The notes beneath the pieces are model-generated. The model worked only from the letters and a program-made list of their open reading frames with translations, searched no databases and was not told the DNA's origin. From Ministeria vibrans ATCC 50519 (Eukaryota > Protista > Filasterea), in the NCBI GenBank assembly GCA_943704425.1, contig CALSCP010002781.1, positions 79,733 to 143,732 on the forward strand: a stretch of DNA of 64,000 bases, read 5' to 3'. The position numbers and the translations under genes are program-made. Positions 1-12,575 of the stretch are shown here, one piece after another (position 1 is the stretch's first letter; every line of letters begins with the position of its first letter).

Positions 1-135
1 GAATCTCGCGCTGCTTTTGCCTTTCCCAATGGTGTAATGTGGAAGAACCAATGAAAACGGAAAGAGTTGCGTATATATTACTAATGATAGAACCAATGAA
101 ATGTCGAGAGTTACGTATTTACGTATTGATGAATA

Positions 136-869
136 TTACACAACAGTGACTGAAATGCGCGACATTGCAATCCCTTGCACCTGTTCTTCGCAATCGTCTG
201 CTTCGTCTTGTGGTGGTTGCTGCTCGTCCGGGGGAGGGTGTGGGGTCCACCAGTAGACTGGATACTGGCGTGTGACATTGTTTACCAGCAGTGCGACGGT
301 GACCATGACTACAGCGCCGAGCAGCACCGGCGCGACAATGTAGAACCACGAGAGAGTGCGCAGTGCAGGTGCAGTGGCGATGAGGGCCGATGCGCCACCG
401 GGCGGGTGGAGAGTTCGGGTCAGCTGCATCACTGTGATGGCGATGGAGACACTTAGTGCGTTGGCAATCCACTGAGTCGACGCCGACGGAAGGATCTTGG
501 CAACGCTGACGCCAACAAAGGCCGACAGCAAATGGCCACCTAGAGTGGAATGAGAAGAAGGGGGAGTTGGTTGGCAAGCGAGCCACAGCGTCCGTCTGTA
601 CCAATCACATTGCGCGGTTGTGCCAGAGGTGCCTCAATCGCCGCATACAAAAGGACCGCCGTTGCCCCAAACGACCCGATAAGAAAGACCGTCTCTTGAC
701 TTGCCCAGATAGTGTTCACATGCTGCTCCAGCACCGCCAGCGTTGCGATTGAGATGATGGACGCGACAAAGGTTGTCAGCAAAATCACAATTCGCCGCGG
801 AGGCGGACGGCGCGTAGCCGAGCCACGCATCCTGCCCACATACTGCTTCAAACTCTCCATTATACCCAT
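136..869 (-). CDS. HPP family integral membrane protein (2 exons; intron 601-540)
   Basis: Spliced product contains IGSFGATAVLLYAAIEAPLAQPRNVIGGH...MQLTRTLHPPGGASAL, the HPP family signature, and hydrophobic TM segments; the GT-AG intron restores the frame. Confidence 0.92.
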
Positions 870-1033
870 TGGAGCATATTCTTTGAGCAAAATGAAAAAT
901 AAAGATTATGAATAAGGAGAAGGGACTCAAAGTGGGAAGAGTGCGAAGTCAGCTGACATCACTCACATCCTCAATTTGACTCATCTTATTCACTTTGCGT
1001 GTTTGTTTTATTTCTTTTCTCACATTAATTTTG

Positions 1034-2155
1034 ATGAATCGAGTGCGCGACCACCTGCGAGCGTTGAGCAAGGGCGCGGAGGCAACGGAGAGCCTCGTCT
1101 TCGAGAGCATTTCGGACATTTTGGATGACAAGGCAACGGCGGCGCAGACGGGCGCGTTGCTTGCGCTGTTGGCAGCTCGTCCGCTCACTGTGGACATTAT
1201 CAGCGGCTGCCGCTTGGCGCTACGCGACCATGCCATTGCTGTTCCGGTGATTGGCACGGCGGAGGCGCCCGTGGTGGACATTGTGGGCACGGGAGGAGAC
1301 GGACACGACACGATCAATGTCAGCACCACGGCAGGCATTGTGGCCGCCGCCTGTGGCCTGCGTGTCGCCAAACACGGCAACCGAGCAGCCAGCAGTGCAT
1401 GTGGCAGTGCCGATGTGCTGGAACACCTTGGCGCGCGCCTGATGCTCTCGCCAAGCGAGGCAAAGCACGTCGTCGAGACAGCCAACTACTGCTTTCTCTT
1501 TGCACCCGCCTACCTGCCCTGCCTCAAACCTGTTGCTGCCATCAGACTAGAGTAGGGAAAGACACAAAAGGAGAGAAGGAGGGCAGTTTGCTGTGTGTAT
1601 TGATGTGCTTGTGTGCCGTGTAGACTTGGCATTCGGACTGTGTTCAACGTGATTGGACCTCTCGTGAATCCGGCCACACCACAATTCTGTGTCGTTGGAG
1701 TGTACACGTCGTCGTTGGGTCCCTTGATGGCGACAGCACTGATTCGTGCGGGCGTCGAGCGTGGCATGGTTGTGTGTGGCGCAGAACAATTGGACGAGAT
1801 TAGCATTGCGGGCGACACACACGTCTGGTCGTTTGACGTGCGCCAACATGGCGACACCGTCACTGCGTCCACCCTCTCCCCAGCCGACTTTGGCATTGAT
1901 GCGTCACCATTGAGCTCTGTTGCGGGCGGTGATCGCGAAGAGAACGCGGCGACACTGCGAGCCATTCTAACGGGGACGGAACGCGGACCCAAGCGGGACT
2001 TTGTGCTACTCAACGCTGCAGCGCTTCTGGTGGTGGCGGGCAAGGCCGAGTCGTACGAGGGTGCAGTGGGCCTGGCTCGCGCTGCCATTGACGACGGACG
2101 TGCTGCGACCGTTCTTGAACAGTACATTCGACTGTCCAACCAACGTGAAAGTTAA
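1034..2155 (+). CDS. trpD: Anthranilate phosphoribosyltransferase (intron 1552-1623)
   Basis: VDIVGTGGDGHDTINVST, VAKHGNRAASSACGSADVLE, FLFAP, LGIRTVFNVIGPLVNP and DEIS motifs; phase-2 intron joins RLE-LGIR. Confidence 0.96.
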
Positions 2156-2181
2156 ATGTTTGTGACGAAAAAAATCATTCG

Positions 2182-2330
2182 TAGTGCGTTGCGTTATTGT
2201 ATTTCAAAAATAAATAATAATTAGTATGACTTTAAATAATAATAATAATAATTAGTATGACTTTAAATAATAATTATTATCATTTGTAATGCGTTGCGCT
2301 ATTGTATTTCAAAAATAAATAGTATGACTT
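2182..2330. repeat. Local imperfect direct duplications between the convergent 3' ends of trpD and RasGEF
   Basis: TGCGTTGCG(T/C)TATTGTATTTCAAAAATAAATA occurs twice (~2185 and ~2290); TAGTATGACTTT occurs three times. Confidence 0.8.
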
Positions 2331-2342
2331 TTTGCTTTTTTA

Positions 2343-3923
2343 TTACACGGCAGATTCGAGTTTGTTTCGACTGACAATTTTTGCGCGAGAGGAACGGCGG
2401 ACGGGGGCAGGGAGAGACACAGACGGAAGAGGGGTGGTAGTGGCACTGGACGGTGGCTGTGTGAGGGTGAGGAGACGACGGAGGCAGATGTCGTGTGCAG
2501 CGGAGGAGAGGACGGAGAGAGAGTCGGAGGAGGGCCCGGCGGCACTGGTGAGGGCCATACGGTGAAGACGGCGAAGGGGCGCCAGGGCTTTGGTGGTGCG
2601 GTCGCGCTTCTCCGGCGAGCTGAGGTGCTGCATGCCGTCGCGGATGATAGCAATGTCTTGCATGTAGGTACCCAGGTAAGGGACGGCCGGTTCGCTTGTA
2701 TTACGCAGAAGATCACGCAGCGTCGCAAAGTTGCGCTGGAACGACACAACGGCACTGACTTCGCCATAGGCATCAAGGTACTTCTGGGGCACAAGGGCCC
2801 ATGCACGCGGACACGCTGCCGACTCCATGGCGGCCACCAGGGCCACGGCAAGCGAGTAGTTGCGCACCTGGTGCGCACACAGCAGCACCCGCACAAAGAA
2901 CTTGAGCAGCGACGCCCGTTCGCGCTCACTGGCCGCTCCTGCAAGCTCAGCCTTAGCCCACGTTGACAGTGTGTTGAACCGGTCAATGTAGGCCATGACA
3001 GTGGGAGCTGCACTCCGTTTCGTATCTTCGTTGCTCCACTCGCCACTCTCCAGTTCATTCAACTGTGTGAAAAGCAAAAAAAACAAAACAAAAAATTAAT
3101 TAGTGCATCAGAATGCATTTCGTTAGTGAGCACATACGTTGAGGTCACGAAAAATACATCGATCTTGGTTGGTGAGCACTGCGGTAATGTCGTTGGCACT
3201 GCAGAGAAGCAGTTCGTGATTGGAGGAGGACGTTTTCTCGAGTGAGATGCGCTGTCCGTGTCGCATGGAGAGCGACGATGAGGGCGAGGTGAGCGACGAT
3301 GCTGCTGCTGCTGCTGCAGTTGATGATGATAATGATGATGTTGTGGTTGTTGTACTGGCTGGAGGTGGGGGCGAGAAGACGAACATACTGCGTCGACGGC
3401 CCGGCGACTTCGCGTTGCTACGCGACGACGAGGACGCCGGCCGTCTCTGAGTTGCCTTGTCGCTCGTGTCCAGATCTTCGGCGGAACGGAACGATGAGGG
3501 TATCATCATGTTGAGCATGGAAGACGTGGTAGCAAAAGACCGTCTTGCAGTGGGTGCAGCGCGTTTGAATTTAGTTCGTTTGGTTGAGCGACTCGCTTCG
3601 ACAAGTTCAGCGCTCTCTTCGCTCTCGATCTGTGCCTCCGCATCACTCCCCGGATCGTATTCGGCAACTAGAGAAGACTGTCGACGCACAATACGGCAGC
3701 GGGCAGGCCGAGATGCATCGTTGGGCGCTTCGTCTTCGCAAGATCTGAGAGATCAAAGTTGCAGAGAAGTCGTGAGAACAAAATGTCTTTTTTTAAATAA
3801 TAATGGCACGAGCAAAATCAAACGGCGAAAGAGAAAGAAAGACAGTGCGGATCAACATAACACTGCAAGACGGCAACAACAATGCACGCCAGTCACACGG
3901 ACGCTGAGGATTGCTTACTGCAT
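2343..3923 (-). CDS. RasGEF (CDC25-type catalytic domain) protein; 3 coding exons including a putative 5-nt first exon ATGCA
   Basis: RFNTLSTW...ERASLLKFFVRV...RNYSLAVALVAAM...NFATLR...PAVPYLGTYMQDI is the CDC25 GEF domain, preceded by a Ser-rich N-terminus. The start is inferred from ATGCA|gtaagc spliced to ctcag|ATCT. Confidence 0.85.
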
Positions 3924-4303
3924 AGTTTTAGAGTTTCGATTGTGAGATGAGAAGAAGAAAGAAAAATAGTGAAAAAAAGTTTGTTGGAAACTGCGCAAAA
4001 AATGTGATACTATCCGCATGTTTCTAGCGCGGAAGAGGCGTAAACTGTACTAATATGCGCCATTCAATGCAGCGACAGACGAGATAAAGTCGCCAGAGTC
4101 GCAGAAACAATCGAAAATTCAAAAATCGTACTCTTCGCGACGTCGCTTTCTCGTACGCCACGTCGCCTTCTCTTCGACTCGCGACCTCCTCGCAATTGTC
4201 GCACTAGCACGAACTCGAATGGGCTCCATATAAACCACAGCCAAAAAAGATCTAATTTGAAAATCCAAAAAATTGATCTTCAATCAAAAAGTTCAAACTT
4301 TTC

Positions 4304-7300
4304 ATGAAAAAACTCTTCAAACGATCCAGCTCGTCAAAGGGCGCTACCGACGTCTACCAGGCGCTTCCAGCGACTGCAAATGCTGCGCTTAGCCCCACGG
4401 CGGGCAGCTCTCTGGCTTACGACCACATCAATGTTCGTTTGAGACAAAGAACGAAAGAAAGACGACAAATAACTTCTTCTGGCCCTTCTCCGTCCACACC
4501 CACCACCCCCATGCCATCAAAACCTCCTATGTGCCCCTTTGAACTTCCTTCTCGCTGTGTTTTTTGACTTCTATCACTTTGATTTGTCGTTTTTTGTATT
4601 CTTTTTTTTTTAAATTTCATCACTCAATCTGTGTCGGTTTTTGCACGCAGGAAAAGGACTTCCCTTCGAAGGTACACAGGTATGCCTACAGCGGGGACGA
4701 CGAAAAGCTCAAGGTATATAATGTGCAAACATAATTTTTTTTTGTTTCTTTGTTTTCTCTCCTCTCACAACGATAACCCGCTTTTACACACCTTGTTTCC
4801 TTTCCACTGTGCCTCCTGTGCACTTTGGTATAGAGCGCAATCAAGTCGAAGAAGTCGGCCGTGAACCAATCGGATTCTCAGGTAAAACATAACTGAACTA
4901 TACGAATTTAGATGTGACACACACACTCAAGCAGCGTATGAGGCCCACTTGGAATACATCGCAATCGCCATCACACACACACACATCGAAAACAAACGCA
5001 CATAATAGAGGATGCTACTCGCAAAAACAAAAAAACAATCAACACAAAACACATTCACCCTAACCTTAACTTTACGCCTAAAAGTTAACAGTCTCATTTA
5101 TTACACGTATTGCTTTTGCAGAAACGAACACCCCTTCACCTCGCCTGCTACAATGGTCACGAGAAAGCGGTCGATCGACTTCTTGCTGAGGGTGCCCTGA
5201 ACTCCCAGGATTCTAGCTCGTACACACCCGCCATGCGAGCGGCACAGGTTCTACCCACCACCTCATTCCTCTCTAACTGTGCTCACATTTTATGCTATTT
5301 GTCCCCCCTTTTTTTTTTTTTTTTTTTTTTTTTGCAAAGATGGGTCATGCTAACTGTATGCGCAAGGTGTGGGACCGTGGCATTGCGACTGCCGACGAAA
5401 CCAATTCAGACAAACAGACGTGTGCGCATCTGGCGGTGCTTGGGCGTCACCAGGCGTGTCTGGACGAGTGCATCACTTTTGGCTGTGACCTCAACCTCGG
5501 CGATAAGGAAGGCTCCACACCTCTCATGGTGGCGACACAACTGCAACTGCGTGAATACGCCAGCGTGCTTTTGGCACACGCACCAGCACGTGTGAGCGTG
5601 GACGCCACAGACTCGTATGGACGCACGCCACTCATGGTAGCCGCCGAACGAGGCGACCTTGCCTTTGTCGAGCTGTTGCTCACCAAACAGGCTGATGTAC
5701 GCCTGACCAACCGCGATGGTTGGTCGTCACTGGACTATGCGCGCATCAATTCACACCAGAGCTGCCTCAACATGCTGCAGTCGTACGTGCGCACCGGTGA
5801 AGTGCGCAGGGCTAGCATCACCAGTGCAACCTCCTCTGTCGCCAGTAGTCTCCCGCCCAACCCATGGGCTGACTCAAATCTCACTCAGCAGCAGCAACAG
5901 CAGCAACGTCTACATCGTCTCGAACTACAAAACGAGTCGATTGGTGGCTTTGCGGCAATGCCCGCTAGTGCGGACGGAGACCACAACACGGCGTACGACG
6001 AAGACTTCGACGGAGGCGACGACTCCTTCAAAATCAGCGAGGACGACGACGCCAAGAGTCGTGACGACGACGATGACGATGGCAACACCGCTGGGGACCC
6101 CTTTGCGGACGACCCATTACCGCCCCGACGCTCGCTCAACAAGGCCAGGCTGACGTCGGCCGCAGTTGCAGCTGCCATCACCACCACTGTTACCCCACCC
6201 ACGTCGCCCACATTGCCTCCAAAGCCCCTGGAGTCCCTGCGCCGTCTTCATGATACAGCTTCCAAGGACGACAGTGGCGACTTTGACGATGGTAATCTTT
6301 TTGATGACTCGCCGCGCCAGAGCAAAGTCATTCATTCCTCTGACACTCGTCCAGTCTCGCTCATTGCCGCGATGAAAGCAGCTGAAGAGAGGAAAAAACA
6401 ACAACGGAAACAGGAACAACAAGAACAACAGGAACAAGAACAACAGGAACAAGAACCGCAGTTGGTGCCGACAGAGCATGAGGTTGTTGTGGACTACACA
6501 ACGGAACACGACACGTCGCACCACGATGTGCCAGCCACATCCCTGGCGAAAGAAAATGGCAATGTAGACCATGACGATGCGGTATCGTCCAATTGGGATG
6601 ATGATGACAATAATGATGATGATGAGGAGGAGGAGGAAAGAGGCGGTGCGTTTGTGCCGGAGGTCAAAGAGAGCGGTGCCAAGGTAGTGGACTCGTCGTC
6701 GAACTGGGACAGTGACGAAGACGAGCCTATGAGCGATGGTGCAGTCGCACGCGCTGCTGCCGGTGGTGTTGCGGCGTCGTACTCACCGGCGACAATGGAG
6801 CGGGCGGGCGCTGGTGGGGACAAGAGTGACGACGAGGACTCGGCCTCGGAGCAGGTCAAGACGCCCAAGACACCCATTCTCGAACGCATTGAGCGAGTGC
6901 GCACCGAAGTTGCGTCTGCTGCGGGCGCTACAACAACAAGTAGCTCTATTGGAGCTATCAAGCCTAAGAAGAAGCAGCCTCCGCCACCTGTCTTACCGGA
7001 ACGTAGCGAGTCCACTCATCTGCGCACTGGTGCGGGTCTGCCCGAGAGTCCCACCACCAACGAGAGAACAATCGAGAGTACTGCAACGGCGGCTGAACTG
7101 AGTGCGCTTGAGAGTGAGTGTGAAGCATTACGGGAGCGTTGTCGCGAGACGGAACAAGAGAAGAGCCGAATGGCCACCGAGTTGACTGAACTCGGAGACA
7201 AGTACGAACAGCTGGTGATGCGCAAGGGGGACGGAAACGCACGCGAGGAGATCGCACGGCTGCAGTCGCAAGTGGAGAAACTGGAGGCAGAGCTGCAGAC

Positions 7301-9434
7301 AAGCGAAGAGCATGCCGACGAATTGGTGCAATTGCAAAAGGAGGCGGTGCAACAGAGCCGCGATGAGGCGCAAGAGCATTTGAGCAAGGCAAAAGCCGAC
7401 CACGACGAACGCATGCAACAGCTTCAGCGCGAACTTGATGGAGTTCACGATGACCTGGACGAGTCTGACAAGGCACGACGGACCGCCGAGAGCCAACTTG
7501 CGAGCGCACAGCGGCGGATCAGTCAGCTGGAAGAGACACTGAGCGAACGAGATGCGCGCGTGACGCGACTGGAAAGTGAACTGGCGAGCGCAAGACAGAG
7601 TCTCGAGGATGTCACGCACGAGGCAGACGTGGAGATTGCGGCTCTTGAAGCGCAACACAGGTCGACGCAAGAGACCCTCTCTGTCCATGACCAGGCGGAG
7701 GAGCGGGTGATTGAACTGGAGGAGGAGACAAGACGTCTCCACGATAGCGTGCGTCAACTGGAGGAGGAAAATCATCGCCTGCTGGATGAAGTTGCTGATG
7801 AGAAGCAACGGCTTGGAGATGCGCTGGATGAAGTGCGTGCCGAGAGCCAGCGTCTTGCCGACCAGATGCGCGAGCAAGAAGAACAGCACCGCGACGAAGT
7901 GAAGCGCGCTCGCTCCGACTACGATCAGCTCCGGCGCAAAGCGAATCAGCTTGAGTCGGAGGCACAACGCACGGATGTACAGGCCGAAGTGCATCGACTG
8001 CAACAGGAGCTTGAGCGGGCAGAGCGAAATGCGGAGCGCGAACGCGACGAAGCCGAGCGCACTCAACGACGGCTGGAGCGAACGGAGGATGCCGAGAGGG
8101 AAGGGCGCGAGTTGGCAGCGGCTGGACGTCTTGCTGAAACGGAACGGGTGCGATTGCTGGAGGAACTGCGTCGCAGTGAGGGCGAGTGCGCCGAGGGAAA
8201 GCGCGAGCGGGATGCAACGCTGGCTGCGGTGGATTCACTCAAGAGGACGCTCAAGGGTGCGGAGGAGCGAAACGAGTCGTTGCAGCGCCAACTCGATACC
8301 AAAGTGAATGAGATGGCGTCGCGCGAAGCCTCGCGCGACGATTTACTGCGACAACTCGAAGACGCTCGCAATGCGGCTCGACGAGTGCAGGAGAAGGAAG
8401 TCGAGCTGGCACGACTGCGGCCCGAGACGGTGCGTCTCAAGGAAGAGGTTGCCGAGTTGCGCGCGTCGCAGGCGGCCCAGATGGCGTCTGCATCGCTTGC
8501 TGAGACCACCATGGCTCACACGGACGCTGTGTCGCGTCAGCTTAAGAGTGTGCGTGAAGAGTGCGAGCACCTGCGACAACTGAATACTTCGTTGCACGAC
8601 CAGTCGAGCGAGCAGGAGAAGCAAACGGCGGCGTTGCGTGACCAAGTGCGCTCACTTCAGACCAAGGTAGACACCACGGAAATGGCACTGATGGCGTCGC
8701 GCGAAGCACAGTCGCGTGCGCACGAAGACTGCGTTCAGTTGCGAGGCGAGTTGAATCAGGCAGACGCACTGCGTCGCGACCTATCCGCTCTGCGTGCTCA
8801 GGTGCGCTCTCTCGAGATGGCCTGTGCCGAATACAAGGCCATCGCGGCCGCCGAGGAGGCAGCCAAAGCGGCAGTGGTGGCCAAGGCGGAGTCACTCGAG
8901 CAGCAGATGATGGCACTCAAGGCACGTAATGACCTTGAACGACAGCGTGCCGACGATGCCGAAGAGCAGGCGCGCAGTGCTCTCAGCCGCAGCCAAGGGC
9001 CACTCGATGCGACGGGCGAGCCACTTCAACCACTGCAGCTCCATCATCATCATCAACAACAACAGCAGCAGAAGTTGCGGGAAGCACAAAAGCAAGCCAA
9101 GCGAATGCGGCGCAAAGTGGAGGAGGCCGAGGAGGCAGCGCGCACTGCAGTTGGGCGGGCGGTGGATGAGGCGGCCATGGCTAATGAACGCGTTGCCATG
9201 GGTATGCAGCGGCAAATTGACGAGTTGCGAGGGCAGCTCGAGAGTGAACGGGGCGCACGCAAGCGTGCCGAGCAGGAGGCACAGGTGGCCACACGCGAAG
9301 TGGGCACCCTTCAAGAGACAGTGGCGCGCGTGCGTGGTCGCGAGAAGACCACACGGCGTGACTTTGAGGCGAAGATGAAGGACTACGGTCAGGTGCTGAC
9401 GGACCAGGCAGCAGAGGTACGAAAGCAAAGCAAA

Positions 9435-9466
<32 letters not shown>

Positions 9467-9467
9467 C

Positions 9468-9540
<73 letters not shown>

Positions 9541-10306
9541 AATACTAATAATAATAATAATAATAATAATACTAATACTAATAATAATAAATTTATCAAT
9601 GTGCTTTGTAGCGCGAGCGCATTGAGATGCATCAGCGTGACCAGCAGGGGCGACTGGAAAAGGCTGTACGGAAGCTCACAAAGCAGTGCGAATCGTACGA
9701 AATTACTATTATTGTTATTATTATTATTATTGTTATTATCAATAATTATTTGTAATAATATTAATTAATTTCTTCTCTTATCCCTCTCTTCTTCTCTCTT
9801 TCCTTTTCTCTTTGGTGCACAGTGAGCGAAGTGGACGAGAAAACGCCGAGGCTGAGATTGGACGAACTTCAGCGCAGATCACGGAGTTGCGACGTGCACT
9901 CAAGCGACTGGACCACACACTGCAGTCAGAGCGGGCACTGCGTGAAGAGGCCGAGCGCAAGGTTGACAAGGTAACTTTTACACCTCGACAGCAATACACA
10001 CACACTGTTGTGTGTATTTCTGTATGTGTGCATTTCTCTGTGTTTGGGATTAAGTATGATTTGTAGGCAATGGCCAAGGCGGCGAGTGAAAAGCGACGCG
10101 CTCACTCTGCGGAAGTGATGCTCAAAGCAGCTAATGAGACACGTGATGCGCTCCACCTGCACACTCTGGGTATGTCCTCACATGCCCCTCCAACCAGTGC
10201 TGCTGCTGCCGTTCCGTATGGTGTCTCGGGTGCTCCGTTTTCCGCCGCGGCGTCCATGCGAGCGCGAGCCGATCGTTCGCTATACTCTCTCAATGGAATG
10301 TTGTAA
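4304..10306 (+). CDS. Ankyrin-repeat plus long coiled-coil protein, ANKRD26-like (centriolar distal appendage family); multi-exon
   Basis: Spliced N-terminus MKKLFK...AYDHINEKDFPSKVHRYAYSGD...KRTPLHLACYNGH resembles the ANKRD26 N-terminus as recalled (MKKIF...YHVRDRDLGKIHKAA...RTALHLACANGH). It is followed by ankyrin repeats, an acidic linker and roughly 900 aa of coiled coil. Confidence 0.75.
9432..9590. repeat. (TAA)n microsatellite inside an intron of the ANKRD26-like gene
   Basis: Direct reading; lies between the donor at ~9417 and the acceptor at ~9610. Confidence 0.95.
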
Positions 10307-10552
10307 CAAAAAAGTGAAAGTATTAAAATTAAATATGAAAAATATTATTATTATATTTGGAAATTTAATAAAATTTATAACAATAATAATAATAATAATA
10401 ATATTTAAAATTTTAATGATAAAAACTATAGTATTATTACAGAAAGATGAACAGTAATGAGTTTATTAATAAACAACAATAATAATTATAATAATAATAG
10501 TACTATTATTACTGAATTATGACTCAGTACTCCATAAAAATATAGTTGTCGT

Positions 10553-12535
10553 CTATTCGTCGTTGGTCCACCCCCGATGCTGCGGAGGCGTCGCAGACCT
10601 ATTGTTGGGTACGGCAACGGGACGAAACTCGGCAACGAGGTCGCCCATATCAGCGGGTTTGAGCATGTCCATGCGGTACTCGCCACTGCGACAGTCATCA
10701 TCGGCGTCGTCAGCATCGTCCTTGACGTCATCCTTATCGTCGTCGGTTTCTTCGTCGTCTTCGGGCATGGCCTCGATGACAGTGTCTTGGTGCGAAGGGA
10801 ATCCGCCTTCACAACCGAGCGGCTCTACGTCGTCCTCCATTACCGACTCCATCGCAACGACACCCTGCTGGAAGCCCATGCGCACCGCCTCCATGCCTTC
10901 GCCCACCGCTTCCACCGCCGGCATGTTCTCGCTTGTGGTCGACGAACGAGCGCTAAGCTGGCTTTGACTTGGGTCCAGGAGACTGTCAGTCGCCGACGAC
11001 GAGTTGCGTCGATCCCGATTGAATTTTGGAAACTTGAACATAAAGCGTCCGGTCGCAGTGCGGTCTAACGTCGCCGAGCCGTCGGTCGACGGTGGGTCTA
11101 CGCGCACCGTAGGCGCCTGCATACCACCGCTCTTCGCTCCGCTGCTGTTCCCACCGCTGTTACCACTACTGCCACGCGAGTTGCTACCTTTGCTTCCCGT
11201 CGCCGTGCTTCCCGTAGGACGACCGCCACCAATCGAATGAATCTTGCTGTGACGTGCAGCGGCCGCTGTCGACAAGGAGGACGTGTAGGCATCCCGCACC
11301 TGCTTGGACAGCACATAGATGCAGAAAATAAAGACACCCTGAAAGGCATTGCACAACACAAACAGGTACGACATGGCAATACCACCGACCCCGGCAATAA
11401 TAAGAATGCCAAAGAGCCACGACAATCCCAGTAGCAACACAATGGTGAACACAATGCGAAGGTTGCGAATCACAAAAATGTTGGAGGGAGACGAGGCAGG
11501 CGCCGACTTGGCGTTGGACTTGGATTTGACGTGGCGCTTCTGACCAGCACTGCCCTGTTGTGTCGCACGAATGCTTCGCAAAATGGCAAAGCAAAAGACA
11601 AAGTTGAACAGCAGAATGGCCACGCAGGGGGCGGCAAAGGCCGACGCAAACGCCACGGTGCCCGGAAAATAACAGATGCGACCGTCGCCGTAAACATCGG
11701 CATACGCCCCAAGGACATTACCCTGGTTCGCCGCCGTATACACAATCAAATAAAGGAGTACCACTACGAGGGGACAGACCCACACAATGAGCATGTACAG
11801 CCTCCAGAAGCTCGCGCCCTGATTGGTGTCCAGCTTGACAAACATCTGGTACATGTTGAGGCCCTGTGTGAAGGTACAGCAGAACCACGCAAGTAGCCAG
11901 TAGTGCAGCAACAAACCCAAGACAAAGCAGCCGCCCTTGGAAGCACTCGACGCAGTGAGTGTGTTCACCAAAAACATGAGAAACGATGCAAAAATGCAGA
12001 CACACAGACACATGACCAATTTGATGGGAGGCTTACGCAGACGACGAAAGAGCACGTACGTCACAAAGGTTATGGCCGTGCCTAACATGGATAATCCACT
12101 GCCAACGTACGACAAAATTGACAAAGCAAAAGTCGACGATGCGTCCGCATCCGCGTCAAACAGCACAGCAAAATTGGTCTACATAAAAAGAAAAGAAAAG
12201 AAGAAACAAAAACGCATCAATGAAATTGCGGTGATGAGATTAATATAATTTTTTACCTGATGAGTGCAAACGCAAACAGTTTCCATCTCGGAGACTGACT
12301 CAACACTGCAACCGTTAGCGGACCAGCCACCTTCGTCGTCGTTCTTGGAAAAATCCCAAAAGAGACACTGAACACTAGCGCGAAGGTTGACCGAGCTTAG
12401 GGGAACCGTGTGCGTGATGGTCATGCGGAATTCAAACTGTTCGTTGGGATAGTCACTCGACGAGAAGTTGGCCAGAGAACTCTCGGCAATGACACCATTC
12501 ATAGTCATTGACTAAAAAACAAACAAACAAACAAA

Positions 12536-12575
<40 letters not shown>

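Noticed and set aside
1034-2155. trpD as bacterial contamination
   Set aside because: It contains a spliceosomal intron and is embedded among eukaryotic genes.
8892-9632. Poly-Leu ORF, and similar SLSL, CVCV, HTHT and YYYY ORFs at 39.9-40.2, 51.3-51.9, 53.5-54.1 and 57.6-58.0 kb
   Set aside because: They are translations of microsatellites in introns or intergenic DNA.
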